DNA of 248,000 nt from assembly GCA_951406725.2 (NCBI GenBank), contig OX597834.1, forward strand, positions 39,948,001 to 40,196,000, written 5' to 3'. Source of the stretch: Octopus vulgaris (taxonomy: Eukaryota). The position numbers were made by a program, and so were the translations under genes. The notes beneath the pieces are model-generated. The model ran no database searches, was not told where the DNA came from, and saw only the letters and a program-made list of their open reading frames with translations. This document shows, in pieces, positions 228,736 through 242,932 of this stretch (positions are counted from its first letter, which is position 1; every line of letters starts with the position of its first letter).

Positions 228736-228890
228736 CTCCACCTGTTGTTAGCTTCGATGACAACAAAGGCTTCATTGATGTGAGTTATGAAAGCAAACAT
228801 TCATACTTGTCAGACCCAGCATACTTCACTCATCTTCCCCGGGTACCACACAACCGTTATCTCTCTTCCACCTCCACTCGGTGACCGAAT

Positions 228891-228925
<35 letters not shown>

Positions 228926-229099
228926 GGCTTCATTGATGTAAGATATAAGTGAAATGTTAAAGCATGTGTATGAATGTGATTAGCACAGTTCTACACAGTC
229001 GGGCATTTGTTGTAGTTGAATAATGACTTTGTTGTTGTTGCTGTTGCTGTTGTTGTTGTATGGGCTTTTTTCTTGGTGAGATGAGGGTGGAAGGAAAAG

Positions 229100-229134
<35 letters not shown>

Positions 229135-229153
229135 TACATTCACATTTAGCTCT

Positions 229154-229210
<57 letters not shown>

Positions 229211-229439
229211 CCAAGAGTAGTCATGTGGTAAGAAGCTTGCTTCCCAACCACATGGTTCCAGGTTCAGCTCCACCGCATGGAAACTTGGGCAAGTGTCATC
229301 TACTGTGGCCTAGGGCCAACCAAAGCCTTGTGAGTGGATTTGATAGACAGAAACTGAAAGAAGTCTGTTGTATATATATACAACAGACTTCTTTCAGTTT
229401 ATATATATATATATATATAAATATATATAAAAGAGTAAA

Positions 229440-229530
<91 letters not shown>

Positions 229531-231206
229531 AAAGCAGCAGAAATACAACAAAAGCTGTTACTCAGAGTTTCACGTTTCCGTTCGGTCATGAATAACCATG
229601 GGATTTGACCTAGAAAGTTCCCTTCCTAGGCACAAGTCCAGGCAAGGTTGTTTATGGAAGTCACCCATGCATACCAGCCTCTTCTTTCCACATCACCGAT
229701 GTTATCCAAGGGAAAGGCAAAAATGGCCGATACACCTTGGCACCAGGGACATCGCAACTCGTTTCTACTTCTGAGAGAACTAGAGCAGCGTGAAATAAAG
229801 TGTCTTGCTCAAGAACACAACATGCAACCTGGTATGGGAATTGAACTCACTACCTCATGATTGGGAGCCTGACCCTCTAACCACTGAGCCATGCACCTTC
229901 ACACATTTTAAGTGAGGAACACATATTTTAGCCTTTGGCACACTACATTTTCTCTAGAACTGTTTTCCCTGGCACTGCTCTGTTACTTCATCCTCATCAT
230001 CATCCTCATTATCATTTAACATCCGTTGTCCATGCTGGCATGGGTTGGACTGTTTGACCAGAGCTGGCAAGCTGGGCAGAGCTGTGCCAAACTCCAGTCT
230101 GCTTTGGCACAGTTTCTATGGCTGGATGCCCTCCCTAATGCCAACCACATTACAGAGTGTGCTGGGTGCTTTTTACATGGAACTGCACTGGTGCTTTTAC
230201 ATGGTGCCATATGAGCGCTTTTACGTGGCACCACATTCGACTCTTCTACATGGCACTACACAGGCACTCCTAAGTGGCACCCCATGGACACTTTTATATG
230301 GCACCGCCAAGAGTGCTTTACATCACCAGAAGGACCGGTGTTAACATTTCTGCTGAGGAGTATAGGTCTTCTTCAGTAGAGGGGGAGAAAACTCATATGG
230401 TAACATTATGCACCTACAGAGTGCTTAAGGTTAATACAACAGGTGTGGTACAGAGGTACACAGTTGTACCACACAGTGGGTTAACTAACAGAATATGGTA
230501 ATGAATAAAGATATTATTAAATCATGCAACAATATTGTGTAAGTATACTATTTACTCTTTTACACTTTTACTTGTTTCAGTCATTTGACTGTGGACATGC
230601 TGGAGCACTGCCTTTAGTCGAGCAAATCGACCCCAGGACTTATTCGTCTATCGGTCTCTTTTGCTGAACTGCTAAGTTACGAGGACATAAACACACCAGC
230701 ATCTGTTGTCAAGCGATGTTGGAGGAACAAACACAGACACACAAACATATACACACACATAAATATACATATATACATACACATATGCGACGGGCTTCTT
230801 TCAGTTTCCATCTACCAAATCCACTCACAAGGCTTTGGTCGGTCCGAGGCTATAGTAGAAGCCACTTGCCTAAGGTGCCATGCAGTGGGACTGAACCCGG
230901 AACCATGTGGTTGGTAAGCAAACTACTTACCACACAGCCACTCCTGTGCCTATATATATGTATTTATGCAATTACATACACTTTTGATTATACAGCCTAC
231001 ACCAGTGTGTATATATACAATGTGAATATACATTAAGTATGTATAATTATAAGTGTTGTCTGTAATAGACAGACAGACAAGAATGGATAGCTAGGGAGAA
231101 AGAGAGAGAGACAGAGAGAGAGACGGATAAATAGATGGACAGATAGAGAGAGAGAGAATAGAAAGAGATGGATAAATAGATAGAGAGAGAGGAGATGGAT
231201 AGATAG

Positions 231207-231262
<56 letters not shown>

Positions 231263-231436
231263 TGGATAGATAGATAGATAGATAGATAGATATAGAAAAA
231301 TAGATAGATAGATAGATATAGAGAAAAAGAGAGAGAGACAGATAGAAACAGATAAATAGATGGATAAATAGAGAGATAGATATAGAAATGGATGGATGGA
231401 TGGATAGATAGATGGATGGATGGCTGGATACATGCA

Positions 231437-231470
<34 letters not shown>

Positions 231471-231512
231471 CATACATACATACATACATACATACATACA
231501 TACATACATACA

Positions 231513-231546
<34 letters not shown>

Positions 231547-231859
231547 CATACATACATACATACATTAATACATACATATATACACATGTACATACATACA
231601 TAAAAAGACTTAGAGATTGTAGAGAGCTGACAATATAGAATAATGAGACGGGTCAAAACAAATATTGATCTGATGAAGAATTGGAAAATACAAAAAAATC
231701 ATGTTTTCATGGAAAAAGAAAAAAAAATAATGAAAAAGAAACAAAAAAGAAAGATGAGAAATCTTTCCATAGTAACAAAAGTGCAGATATCATTTCAAAC
231801 TAATTAAATATATTTTTTTTGTAACAAGACTACAGTGTCAATAACAACAACAACAACAC

Positions 231860-231890
<31 letters not shown>

Positions 231891-231932
231891 TATAATAATA
231901 ATAATGATATTAATAATAATAATAATTATAAT

Positions 231933-231998
<66 letters not shown>

Positions 231999-232724
231999 AA
232001 TAATGATATTAATAATTTATTCTTTTATTGGCCACAAATTTCAAATTTTGGCGCAAGGCCAGCAAGTTCCGGGCCAGGATTAAATTGATTACATTGACCC
232101 CAGAGTTCAACTGGTATTTATTTTATCAAATCTGAAAGGATGAACCCAGAATTTAAAAAATGGACGAAATTCCACAAACCATTTTACCTAGTGTGCTAAT
232201 GATTCGGTCAGCTCACCACCTTAGTAGTAGTGGGAGTAGTAGTAGTAGTAGTAGAAGTAGTAGTAGTACTAGTAATGATAATTATTATTATTTCTACTCT
232301 AGGCACAAGGCCTTGAAAATTTTTGGGGGAAGGGGGCCAGTCGATTACATCAATTCTAGTGTGTAACTGGTACTTATTTCATTGACCCTGAAAGGATGAA
232401 AGGCAAAATCGACCTCAGCAGAATTTGAACTCAGAACATAATGGCAGACGAAATACCACTAAGCATTTCGCCCGGCATGCTAACAATTCTTATTTCTTTA
232501 TTGCCCACAAGGGGCTAAACATAGAGGGGACAAACAAGAACAGAGAAAGGGATTAAGTCAATTACATCAACCCCAGTGCATAACTGGTACTTAATTTATT
232601 GACCCTGAAAGGATGAAAGGCAAAGTCGACTGTGGCAGAATTTGAACTCAGAACATAAAGACAGACGAAATACCACTAAGCATCTCGCCTGGTGTGCTAA
232701 CGTTTCTGCCAGCTCAACGCCTTA

Positions 232725-232758
<34 letters not shown>

Positions 232759-233238
232759 GTTTCAAATTTTGGCACAAAGCCAGTATATGTGGGGGAGGGT
232801 TAAAGTTGATTATATCAACCCCCAGTGCTCAACTGGTACTTAATTTATTGACCCTGAAAGGATAAAAAGACAAAGTTGACCTCAGCAGAATTTGAACTCA
232901 GAACATAGCGCTGGGTAGATTACCGTTAAGCATTTCACCTGGATTGCTAACAATTCTGCCAGCTCACCACCTCGATAATAATAATAATAATCCTACTATA
233001 GGAACAAGGCTTGAAATTTTGGGGGAGGGGACCAATCGATTACGTCGAGCCCAGTACTCAGCTGGTACTTAATTTATCAACCCTGAAAGGATGACAGGCA
233101 AAGTCGACCTCGGTGGAATTTGAACTCAGAATGTAGCAGCAGACGAAATACTGCTAAGTAATTTTGTCCACAATGCTAACGATTCTGCCAGCTCACTGCC
233201 TTGATAAAAATAATAATAATAATGATGATAATAATAAT

Positions 233239-233269
<31 letters not shown>

Positions 233270-233981
233270 TAATAATAATAATAATAATAATTAATAATAA
233301 TAATAATAATAATAGTAATAATAATGATGATGATGATGATGATAGTAATAGGTTGTGTTAGTGTTTCATACTCTTTTACTTGTTTCAGTCATTTGACTGT
233401 GGCCATGCTGGAGCACCGCCTTTAGTCAAGCAAATCAACCCCTAGTACTTCTATCAGTCTCTTTTGCCAAACCATTAAGTTATGGGGACATATACACACC
233501 AGCATCGGTTGTCAAGCTATGTTGGGGGGACAAACAAATACACACACATGCACATATATATATATATATTAAAATTATAAATTACGGTATCTACGAGATA
233601 CCACCATGCTGAAAATAGCAGCCATGATCCGACTCTAAAACCACCTAAAGTTTTCCTATAGCAACATGGAGAGAAGACAAATAGAATGTAAGTATTCGTA
233701 TGTTGTATTTATATATATATGTGTAGGTTCGTTATTTTATTTTAAATTAATGATCTTATCCTTATTTATATAAATTGATATATATACACCAGGCTTCTTT
233801 CAGTTTCCATCTACCAAATCCACTCACAAGGCTTTGGTCAGCCCGAGGCTATAGCAGAAGACACTTGCCCAAGGTGCCATGCAGTGGGACTGAACCCGGA
233901 ACCATGTGGTTCGTAAGCAAGCTACTAACCACACAGCCACTCCTACGCCTATGTTGATAGTTAATAGTAAATAGTGAAATG

Positions 233982-234016
<35 letters not shown>

Positions 234017-234302
234017 GGAGAAGGACAATATTTATGGCACAGACTGCAGTACGTAGAGAAAGTACAATAGACAGACACACCATTTCTCGCTAAAGGTCAC
234101 TGCTGTATCTCATTAAAGTTACTCAGAAAATTGATATTTCCACTGTTTTCTATATACCAATTGTCTGTGAATATAATTTTATAATTAAGGTCCAGCTTGT
234201 CACTCGACTAATTAATGCCAATTCAACTAATTCTAATGTCAATAATATGCTAATTATGCCATATTTTAAACGAACTCGGTTGCAATCAGAAGGATGATGA
234301 AT

Positions 234303-234413
<111 letters not shown>

Positions 234414-235929
234414 GTGTGTGTGTGTGTGTTGTGTCTTTTTTTTTCGTTTTGTTTTATGAAGGTATGGCTGTGTGGTCAAGAAAATTTCTTGCTTCCCAAC
234501 TACACGTTTCCAGGTTCAATTCCACTGCACGGCACCTTGGGCAAGTATTTTCTGTTATGGCTCTCAGCTGACCAAAGCCTTGGGAATGGATTTGATAGAG
234601 GGAAACTAAAAGAATTCCGTCGTATATGTCTAGATATCATGTGATGTTTGTAAATGAGTATTGTCGTCATAGAAACGAGATTGTTAGTTTCTAGTCTTCA
234701 GTGAAAAACCTGTCAGGCCATGGAGAAATATTGCCCTGCTTGGAAACAGGTGAGGGTTGGCAACAGGAGGGGCATCCAGCCGTAGATAATCTGTCTCAGC
234801 AAATTCTGTGTGGCCCACTCAGGCATGGAAGAGAGGACATTAAAATGGTGTGTGTTTGTGTGCATATGTGAAAGAATGTGAGTGGGAGTGTGGGGGGGAG
234901 GAGTGGGGGAGTGCTTGTGTGTGCTTGTGTGTGTGTGAGTGTACTTGTGTGTGTGTGTGTGAGTGTGCTTTTGTGAGTGTGTGTGTGAGTGTACTTGTGT
235001 GTGTGTCAGTGTGCTTGTGTGTGTGTGCTTGTGTGTGTGTGTGTGAGTGTACTTGTGTGTGTGTGTGAGTGTGCTTGTGTGTGTGTTTCCACATCTTGAC
235101 ATCGTGCAGTAGTTGTAAAGGAGTGTCACCCTCACAGGACTGGTGTCGTTCATTTCTGATTTTCTATATGAGGGTTGGCAACAGGAAGAGCATCCAGACA
235201 CAGAAACTCTGCCTCGATAAACTCCATCCGACCCATGCAGTCATGGAAAAGTGGACATTAAAACAACAACGGTTGTGGCGGTGAAGGTGATGACGATGAC
235301 AATGACAACGGTGATGACAGCAATAATGCTGATGATGACAACTTTACTATCAGCACTACCACATGACTGAAAATTTCCAGGTCCAGTCCCATCATGTTTG
235401 GCAGACAGGCTCCAGTCTGATCTGGCAGTGTTTCTACAACTGGATGCCCTTCCTAACGCCGACCACTCCGAGAGTGTACTTTTTACTTAATTTATTGACC
235501 CCGAAAGGATGAAAGGCAAAGTCGACCTCGGCAGAATTTGAACTCAGGACATAAAGACAGACAAAATGCCTATTTCTTTACTACCCACAAGGGGCTAAAC
235601 ACAGAGGGGACAAACAAGGACAGACAAACGGATTGAGTCGATTATGTCGACCCCAGTGCGTAACTGGTACTTATTTGATCGACCCCGAAAGGATGAAGGT
235701 GCCAGGGGAGGCTGGCAATGGCGATGATCGGTTGGTGCTTTTTACGTGCCACCGGCACGGAAGCCAGTCAAGGCGGCGCTGGCATCGGCCACGTAGGGGT
235801 GGTGCTTTTTACCTGCCACCAGCACAGGTATCACAACTACAATTTCCATTTGATTTTTTGATGTTGATGTACTTGACTCAATAGTTCTCCTCAAGCACAG
235901 CAGGTTGCCTTATGATCCAAGGTAAGCAC

Positions 235930-236318
235930 AGCAGGCCATCCTGCGATCCAAGGCACTTTGGATGGGCTGGGGCTGCTATGTGAAGCTGGTGCAGGAAACA
236001 GCCATGAACTCACGTTATTTGCTGGGTCTTCGCAGTCACAGAATATCTCCAGAGGTCTTGGTCTTTTGTCATTGCCTCTGTGAGGCCCAACGTTCGAAGG
236101 TCATGCTTGACCACCTCATCCCATGTCTTCTTGGGTCTACCTCTACCCCGGATTCCTTCAGCTGTATGGGAGCGGCACTTTTTCACACATCTCTCTTCAT
236201 CCATCCATAGTACCTGACCATACCAGCGCAGATGTCTCTCTTGCACGCCACATCCGATGCTTCTTATGTCCAGCATTTCTCTCACTGACATTACACATCC
236301 AGCAGATCATGCTAGCAT

Positions 236319-236320
<2 letters not shown>
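235930..236320 (-). mobile_element. RTE-clade LINE 3' end
   Basis: ERHLRWYGQVLWMDEERCVKKC...RGRGRPKKTWDEVVKHDLRTLGLTEAMTKD; same family as 108270-108640. Confidence 0.75.
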
Positions 236321-236373
<53 letters not shown>

Positions 236374-236879
236374 AATGTAAAAAAATACAAACTGGGACAA
236401 GAACGCGAAACATTTAGAAGACGATACAAAAACACGGACGGGACATTCGAAGCCTTCAATCTTCAGTCAAGAACCGGATCATCCTCGCAATTTCTGCTAA
236501 TGTATATATACACACACACACACACACGATGACCGTCTTTCTGATTCTGTCTACCAATTCCTCAAAGAGAGATAACTCTTCTTAGCGGAGTCTACTTGAC
236601 TGACAAAACGATGATGAATTTTGTTTTCTGAAAAAGCAACATTTTGGACATACGACACTTTTGCATAATAGTAGAATGATTTTTTGAGAAACAAGCATGG
236701 AAAAATTGGACATTAAATGACGGCGGCGGCGGTGGTGGTGGTGGTGACGGTGGTGGTGACGGTGGTGAGGGTAGTGGTGGTTATAATGGTGGTGGTTATG
236801 ATGGTGGTGATGGTGGTTATGATGGTGGTTATGATGGTGGTTATGATGGTGGTTATGATGGTGGTGGTGGTGGCGACCC

Positions 236880-237295
236880 AGAGTTTAAACAACAGCAACA
236901 ATTGCCAAGTGAATGAGGATAATGTAGTTCTAGATAAACTGTGTCTAAATAAAGGACGGGATGGTCATGGTTGGGATACAGCACCTGCGGCGTCTCTCAC
237001 AACAGCCTCGGATTCACTAAAACCTTGTCAATGGAATCTAACAAACGGAAACTGCAAATGACTTGTCTTCGGTGCTTGTGCGCGTGTGTAAGGGAGAGAG
237101 AGAGGATGTGGAAGTGAAAGTTGTGGGTGTGGGTGGGTGCGTGCGTGCGCGTGCGGGAGGGATTTAAATTGACTGTAATAAAGTTTAACTAAAGTGAAGT
237201 TGCAGTCGGCAACGGAATGCTTTGACGAATATGATGTAAGGGAGGTAACTGTGTTTGGCCTGTTTGCTGAGATGATCAGAAATGTCATTTTTTTT

Positions 237296-237300
<5 letters not shown>
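236880..237300 (-). promoter_or_regulatory. Second CpG-retaining unique block, candidate upstream promoter
   Basis: gcgtgcgtgcgcgtgcggg, ctgcggcgtc, gtcggcaacgg in non-repeat sequence about 9 kb upstream of the 227659 exon. Confidence 0.3.
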
Positions 237301-237334
<34 letters not shown>

Positions 237335-237996
237335 TACATACATAGACGCACTGTTTTACACACACGCACACATACAAAACATTTTACACACACATATACA
237401 TCACACACACACACACACACACACACATACATGCAAGTACAATACATAATTATATATACGTACACATACAACTCACACACGCACACACACGCACGTATAC
237501 ATAAACGCATACACATGTATATATATACACACAAAGAGCATTCCGTCGGTTGCGACGACGAGGGTCCCAGCTGATCCTATCAACGGAACAGCTTGCTCGT
237601 GAAATCAACCTGAAAGTAGCTGAGTACTCCACAGACACGTGTACCCTTAACGTAGTTCTCAGGGAGATTAAGCGTGATACAGAATGTGACAAAGTCGGCC
237701 CATTTAATTACAGGTACACACTGCTCTAGTTCACTCAGCAGTAGAAACGAGTTGCGACGTCACAGGTGCCAAGCTGTATCGGCCCCTTTGCCTTTCCCTT
237801 GGATAACATCGGTGATGTGGGAAGAAGAGGCTGGTATGCATGGGCGACTGTTGGTCTTCCATAAACAACCTTGCCTGGACTTGTAGCTAGGAAGGGAACT
237901 TTCTAGGTCAAATCCCATGGTTGTTCATTTACCCTTACTTTTAAATATATTTTTTTGTTTTTTAATTTTGTTCTAAGAGAAGAACCTTTTAACAAC

Positions 237997-238566
237997 TATT
238001 GGGTTGTCCAGAAAGTTTGTGCCGATTTATAGTAGCTTACCTTTCGACTTAATTTAGAACATGGCTGAGTCCTTAAAATAGGATTTGACTACACCTCCAT
238101 TTAGAGCACAGCTTAAGCTATATTTTCGTGGAAGAAGGTTTATGTTCCTGTAACCTGTGTTAATTCTGTAACCCTTTAAAATGGAAGATAAGAAAGTTCA
238201 TTTTCGGCACTTGATGCTTTGGGAACTAGACATAAATTGCTGCAGCTCGGCTGGGATGTGTTACCCCAGCCTCCATATTCACCAGATGTTGCTCCTTCGG
238301 ATTTCCACTTATTCAGGTCTCTGCAGAATAGTCTTAATGATAAAAATTTCAATTCCTTGGATGACGTAAAAAGATACCTTGATGAATTCTTTGCTATGAA
238401 ACCACCTCAATTCTAGGAAGAGGGTATTTTCAAGTTAAAGGAAAGATGGAGACACATTGTGCAACAAAATGATTCATATTTGGTTGATTAAAAATGTAAT
238501 GGCAAGTATTTATTGACCTTTTTCTTTCCTTTAAAAATCGGCACGAACTTTCCGGACAACCCAATA
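237997..238566 (+). mobile_element. Internally deleted mariner (mellifera-type) with both TIRs and TA ends
   Basis: tattgggttgtccagaaagtttgtgccgattt ... aaatcggcacgaactttccggacaacccaata; N-terminus MEDKKVHFRHLMLWE joined to C-terminus LGWDVLPQPPYSPDVAPSDFHLFRSLQNSL. Confidence 0.88.
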
Positions 238567-239140
238567 GTTTTATAGAAACTGCTTTCAAAATCCCTATTTT
238601 GTTTTTCACACATTAACTAATGTAAACTGAACTATGGAAAATGTGAGAGACAGAATCCAAGCTGTTTCTTGCAATATATACCAGTACATACATCTGAAGC
238701 AAAATTTTTTCATGAACCCCCTAAAATATTACTATGGTTCTCCCATTTACTATTCTGCTTGCATGGACCCCCAAAAATCTTTTATGAATTCTCAGGAATC
238801 ATAAGAACCCTGGTTGAAAACTACTGTATAAGATGTACTGATGCTAAAGATTGTACCTTTTCATTCAGCCATATGCCTTAGGTTGCACCTAGGGCTATAT
238901 AAATAATTAGGGGTCAAGTTCAGCTGAAATGGGGATGATTAGGGGTCACACAACAAATACGCACGAGACAGTTTACCCTTTCTTTGTGCATGGCTGGTGG
239001 CAAGATAATTGGCAGAAAATTGATTGAAATTAGTAAATTGCTAATAATTACTAAATTGCAAATAATTAACTGAATTACTAACGAGTAGGCAGGACTTGAA
239101 CTTCTGACATAACAGATAAAAACTTCAGAACGAAACTTAC

Positions 239141-239162
239141 CGAAAACTGGAAATGTCTCCAT
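239141..239162 (-). CDS. Weak candidate alternative first exon: METFPVF
   Basis: gaaATGG context, donor TCG|gtaagt, phase 1, preceded by a pyrimidine-rich UTR-like stretch (239165-239400). Confidence 0.25.
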
Positions 239163-239751
239163 TTCTGTTTACAATGAGGGAAAAGACAACAGAAGATGGC
239201 AAAAGATGCTGAAGTGAAGAAATAGCTTGGAGCAAGAAGGAAGAAATAACTGAAGAGATGAAGAAAGTTTTTGGATAAGAATTTCGAAGGATCAAAGAAG
239301 AATGACTGAAGAAATCAAAGAGAAAAGAAAGGAAGAAGGAATCAAAGCAAAGTTGCCACATTGCCAACAGCAACAATGATTGGTTTCAGAGGTCTAAGTT
239401 CAAAGAGATCAGAGAAGAAAAACTAAAATTTTAGTGAAAATCTACACAGTAAGGATTGCTGTTGTTGTTGTTGTTAATGGTATTTTATTAGCATTATTAT
239501 TAGTAGTACTACATCATCATCATCATCATCATCAGTATCATCATCCTTGTTGGTGTTCGTGCTGTTTCTTTAGGTTTTGGGGGTCTTTCCTTTTTAACTG
239601 CCATCATTATCTCCCATCCCTGTTTTCGCAAACTCAATTCTATATTTACCTCCTTCATTTTTATCATTTTTCCCCTTGTAATATCTCCTCGTTGTTGCCC
239701 TTGTGGCAAATAAAGAAATCATCATTTTAATTATCATCATCATCATCATCA

Positions 239752-239803
<52 letters not shown>

Positions 239804-240162
239804 TTCTGCCTTAGCGAAGGCTGAGGTATTGTTTTCAGTCATATTGGTTTGTTTGACCGTGGACAAGATATCTCAAGAACTGCTGGATGAATTTGGATGA
239901 AACTTCTAGGGATATTTGGCCTCATGACTGGCATGAACTGATTAAATTTTGGGACCAATCCGGTACCAGACAAGGATTCTGGATTATTTTTTCTTGTTTT
240001 TCTTACTTAATTTTTGAGAGCAGTTGGATTCATTTTTAGTATTCTCATTTATGAAAAGAGTCGAGTTTATTTCAGATCTTCTCATTTTAAAAATCATCAC
240101 CAGCTAACCATTGAGAGGACATTGGTGTTGCCTTGGCGGAAGTTTGCGCTCTCTTACTGCTG

Positions 240163-240202
<40 letters not shown>

Positions 240203-241513
240203 TCGTTTAACACGTTTTCTGTGCTAGCATGGGTTGAGTGGTTCGACCGGGGTCTGGGAAGCCAGGAGGCAGCACCAGGCTCCAGTTTGATCTGGCAGAG
240301 TTTCTACAGCTGGATGCCCTTCCTAACGCCAACCACTCCATGAGTGTAGTGGGTGCTTTTTATGTGCCACTGGCACAGGTGCCAGAGGAGGCTGGCAGCA
240401 GCCATGATCGGTTGGTGCTTTTTACATGCCATATTATTATTGAGTGAGGGAGCAGTGCATGCCATCGAAGTGACACTGGGTTAAAATATACGAAGCCCAG
240501 TATACCCATCATGACTATCCGTCTGATAAGGGTAGACCAAGCACATGCATCACAACCATACGTGCGCGACATGGTGATCTCATATCAAAGTAAACAGCAC
240601 ATAACCTTGCAGGTGGGGCCCAGTTAGAACTTTCTTCTGGTCGAGTAACCCATCCTGCTCAGCTCAAGTTGTTACAACCCAGTTCAATGCTGAATCTCTC
240701 TCCATCAGCAACAGTTCAGTTCTGATCATCTTCCCCATGGTAAGCCCCACCACCTTTTCTTGACTGTATGTGATTACCACCACCAATGCCACTACCACTG
240801 TCACCATGGTAACAAGACCATTTCAATCACCACTGTAATGACACTCCTGCCACACACCACTGCAATAACCACTGTGAAAATTACAACACTACCACCACCA
240901 CCACAACTACTGTTACAGTAACTACAACACCATCACAACCATTTGTACTACCACCACTGAAAATACCACTGTCACCATAGTAACAAGACCACAACAATCA
241001 CCACTGTAACCACACTCCTCCTACATACCACCACTACAACCATTGCGAAAATTACTATAGTACCACCACCGCCACTACAACTGTTGCCATATCTACAACA
241101 CGATCTCTACCATTAGCACCACCACCACCACCACAAACAGCATCACCAACATAATCGATAACAGCAGGAACTATACCACTCGCGCTGCCATCCTCTCACC
241201 CCCCCCCCCACTGCCCTCGTAACCTTTGCAACTGCTTCGCAAATCCTTGATATCATTTTACGTATTGAATTAGAATTTAAAATGTATTTCAAGGAGTGTT
241301 TCTTCATGGAAACACACACACACACACACACACAGTGAGATATGCATCATCATCATCATTTAACATCTGCTTTCCATGCTGGCATGGGTTGGATGAAGCT
241401 GGTAAGTCTGGGAATTGCACTAGTGATGCTATATTTAGACGTCAGTGTACATGAGCAAATATACACAAACACATATCCATGAAATTAAATATATACATAC
241501 ATACATACATACA

Positions 241514-241548
<35 letters not shown>

Positions 241549-241750
241549 GTTTGTGTGTCCATATTGGTTCCCCCACCCCATCATCGCTTGACAACAGATG
241601 CTGGTGTGTTTATGTTCCTGTAACTTAAGATCCCAGGACTTATTCTTTGTTAACCTAGTACTTATTCTATCAGTCTCTTTAGCCAAAACACTAAGTTACA
241701 GGGACTATGTGGCTGTTTGGTAAGTAGCTTGGGAGTACAAACACAGACAC

Positions 241751-241794
<44 letters not shown>

Positions 241795-242355
241795 GATGGG
241801 CTTCTTTCAGTTTCCGTCTACCAAATCCACTCACAAGGCTTTGGTCGGCCATGCAGCTATAGTAGAAGACACTTGGCCAAGGTGTCATGCATTGGGAATG
241901 AACCCAGAACCATATGGTTGGTAAGCAAGCTTCTTACCATACAGCCACGCCTACATACACACATTGTTATGGGAGAATCCTGAACACCCCCATGTGACTG
242001 AACGTGGACTAACCAATTACAATAAATAAAGACTGAGTGAACTGTCAACAAGCGTAGTTGACGGTGTTAGTCTGACTGTGTTGGTTTACCATATTGCTTT
242101 GACGTGTGTTGGTTTAACAGTCGGTAGTTGAACAGTGAGTACTGAGTATCTTACCTACGTTTGGGAGTAGTATGGAGTGCATTCTGTGTTAAGGTATGTT
242201 TTGTGGTAGGTTATTTTCAGATAACCACAACCAACTATATATTAGCGTAATATGATTGTACACCAGACGTGTATACCCAAGTCATAACATATACAAGTAC
242301 ATTCAAAGATACAAGTGTACATATGCAACTATATACGAACACCTCTATCTCTTTT

Positions 242356-242402
<47 letters not shown>

Positions 242403-242891
242403 GTGTGTCTGTGTGTTATATGTGTGTGTGTGTGTGTTTGTGATACATTTATCTCAGAACCTCCCCAAAACTAGAGAATGTTATCTCAGCTTAATAAGAT
242501 TAAACATGAAGAAAAACGACCAATATCAATGTAAGTAATCTCCACAAATGGTAAATCTACAAAAAATTTTCACTTTACAAGAATGAAGGACAACTAAAAT
242601 ATAAAAATTCACAAACAAGCATAATCAGCCAAACATATATCACTATGGTTTCAACACCTGGACTCTGTGTGTGTGTGTGTGTTAAAGTAATGAGAAAAGG
242701 CAAACAGTTAGTCAAGGCAGGCTCAAAGGGAAGTCACCACTAGCCATTTTTTGAGCAAGACAATCACACAGCTACAACTTCAAATGCTGTTCTAAGTGGA
242801 ATTTTGGTGGCACACCTATTTGAGTATATTCATTAGCTTAACTCATCTTGATGAAAATTCCTCATATCCTCTTGTTTTTTTTTTTCTGTGT

Positions 242892-242932
242892 CCCTTTCTG
242901 TAGAAGAGCATAGGCTCGAAATGTAAAAGACT
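242892..242932 (+). ncRNA. Hammerhead-like motif with CUGU-N-GA core
   Basis: cuuu-CUGUAGA-a-gagc-auag-gcuc-GAAA-UGUA-aaag; further decayed copies at 153521 and 178791. Confidence 0.5.
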
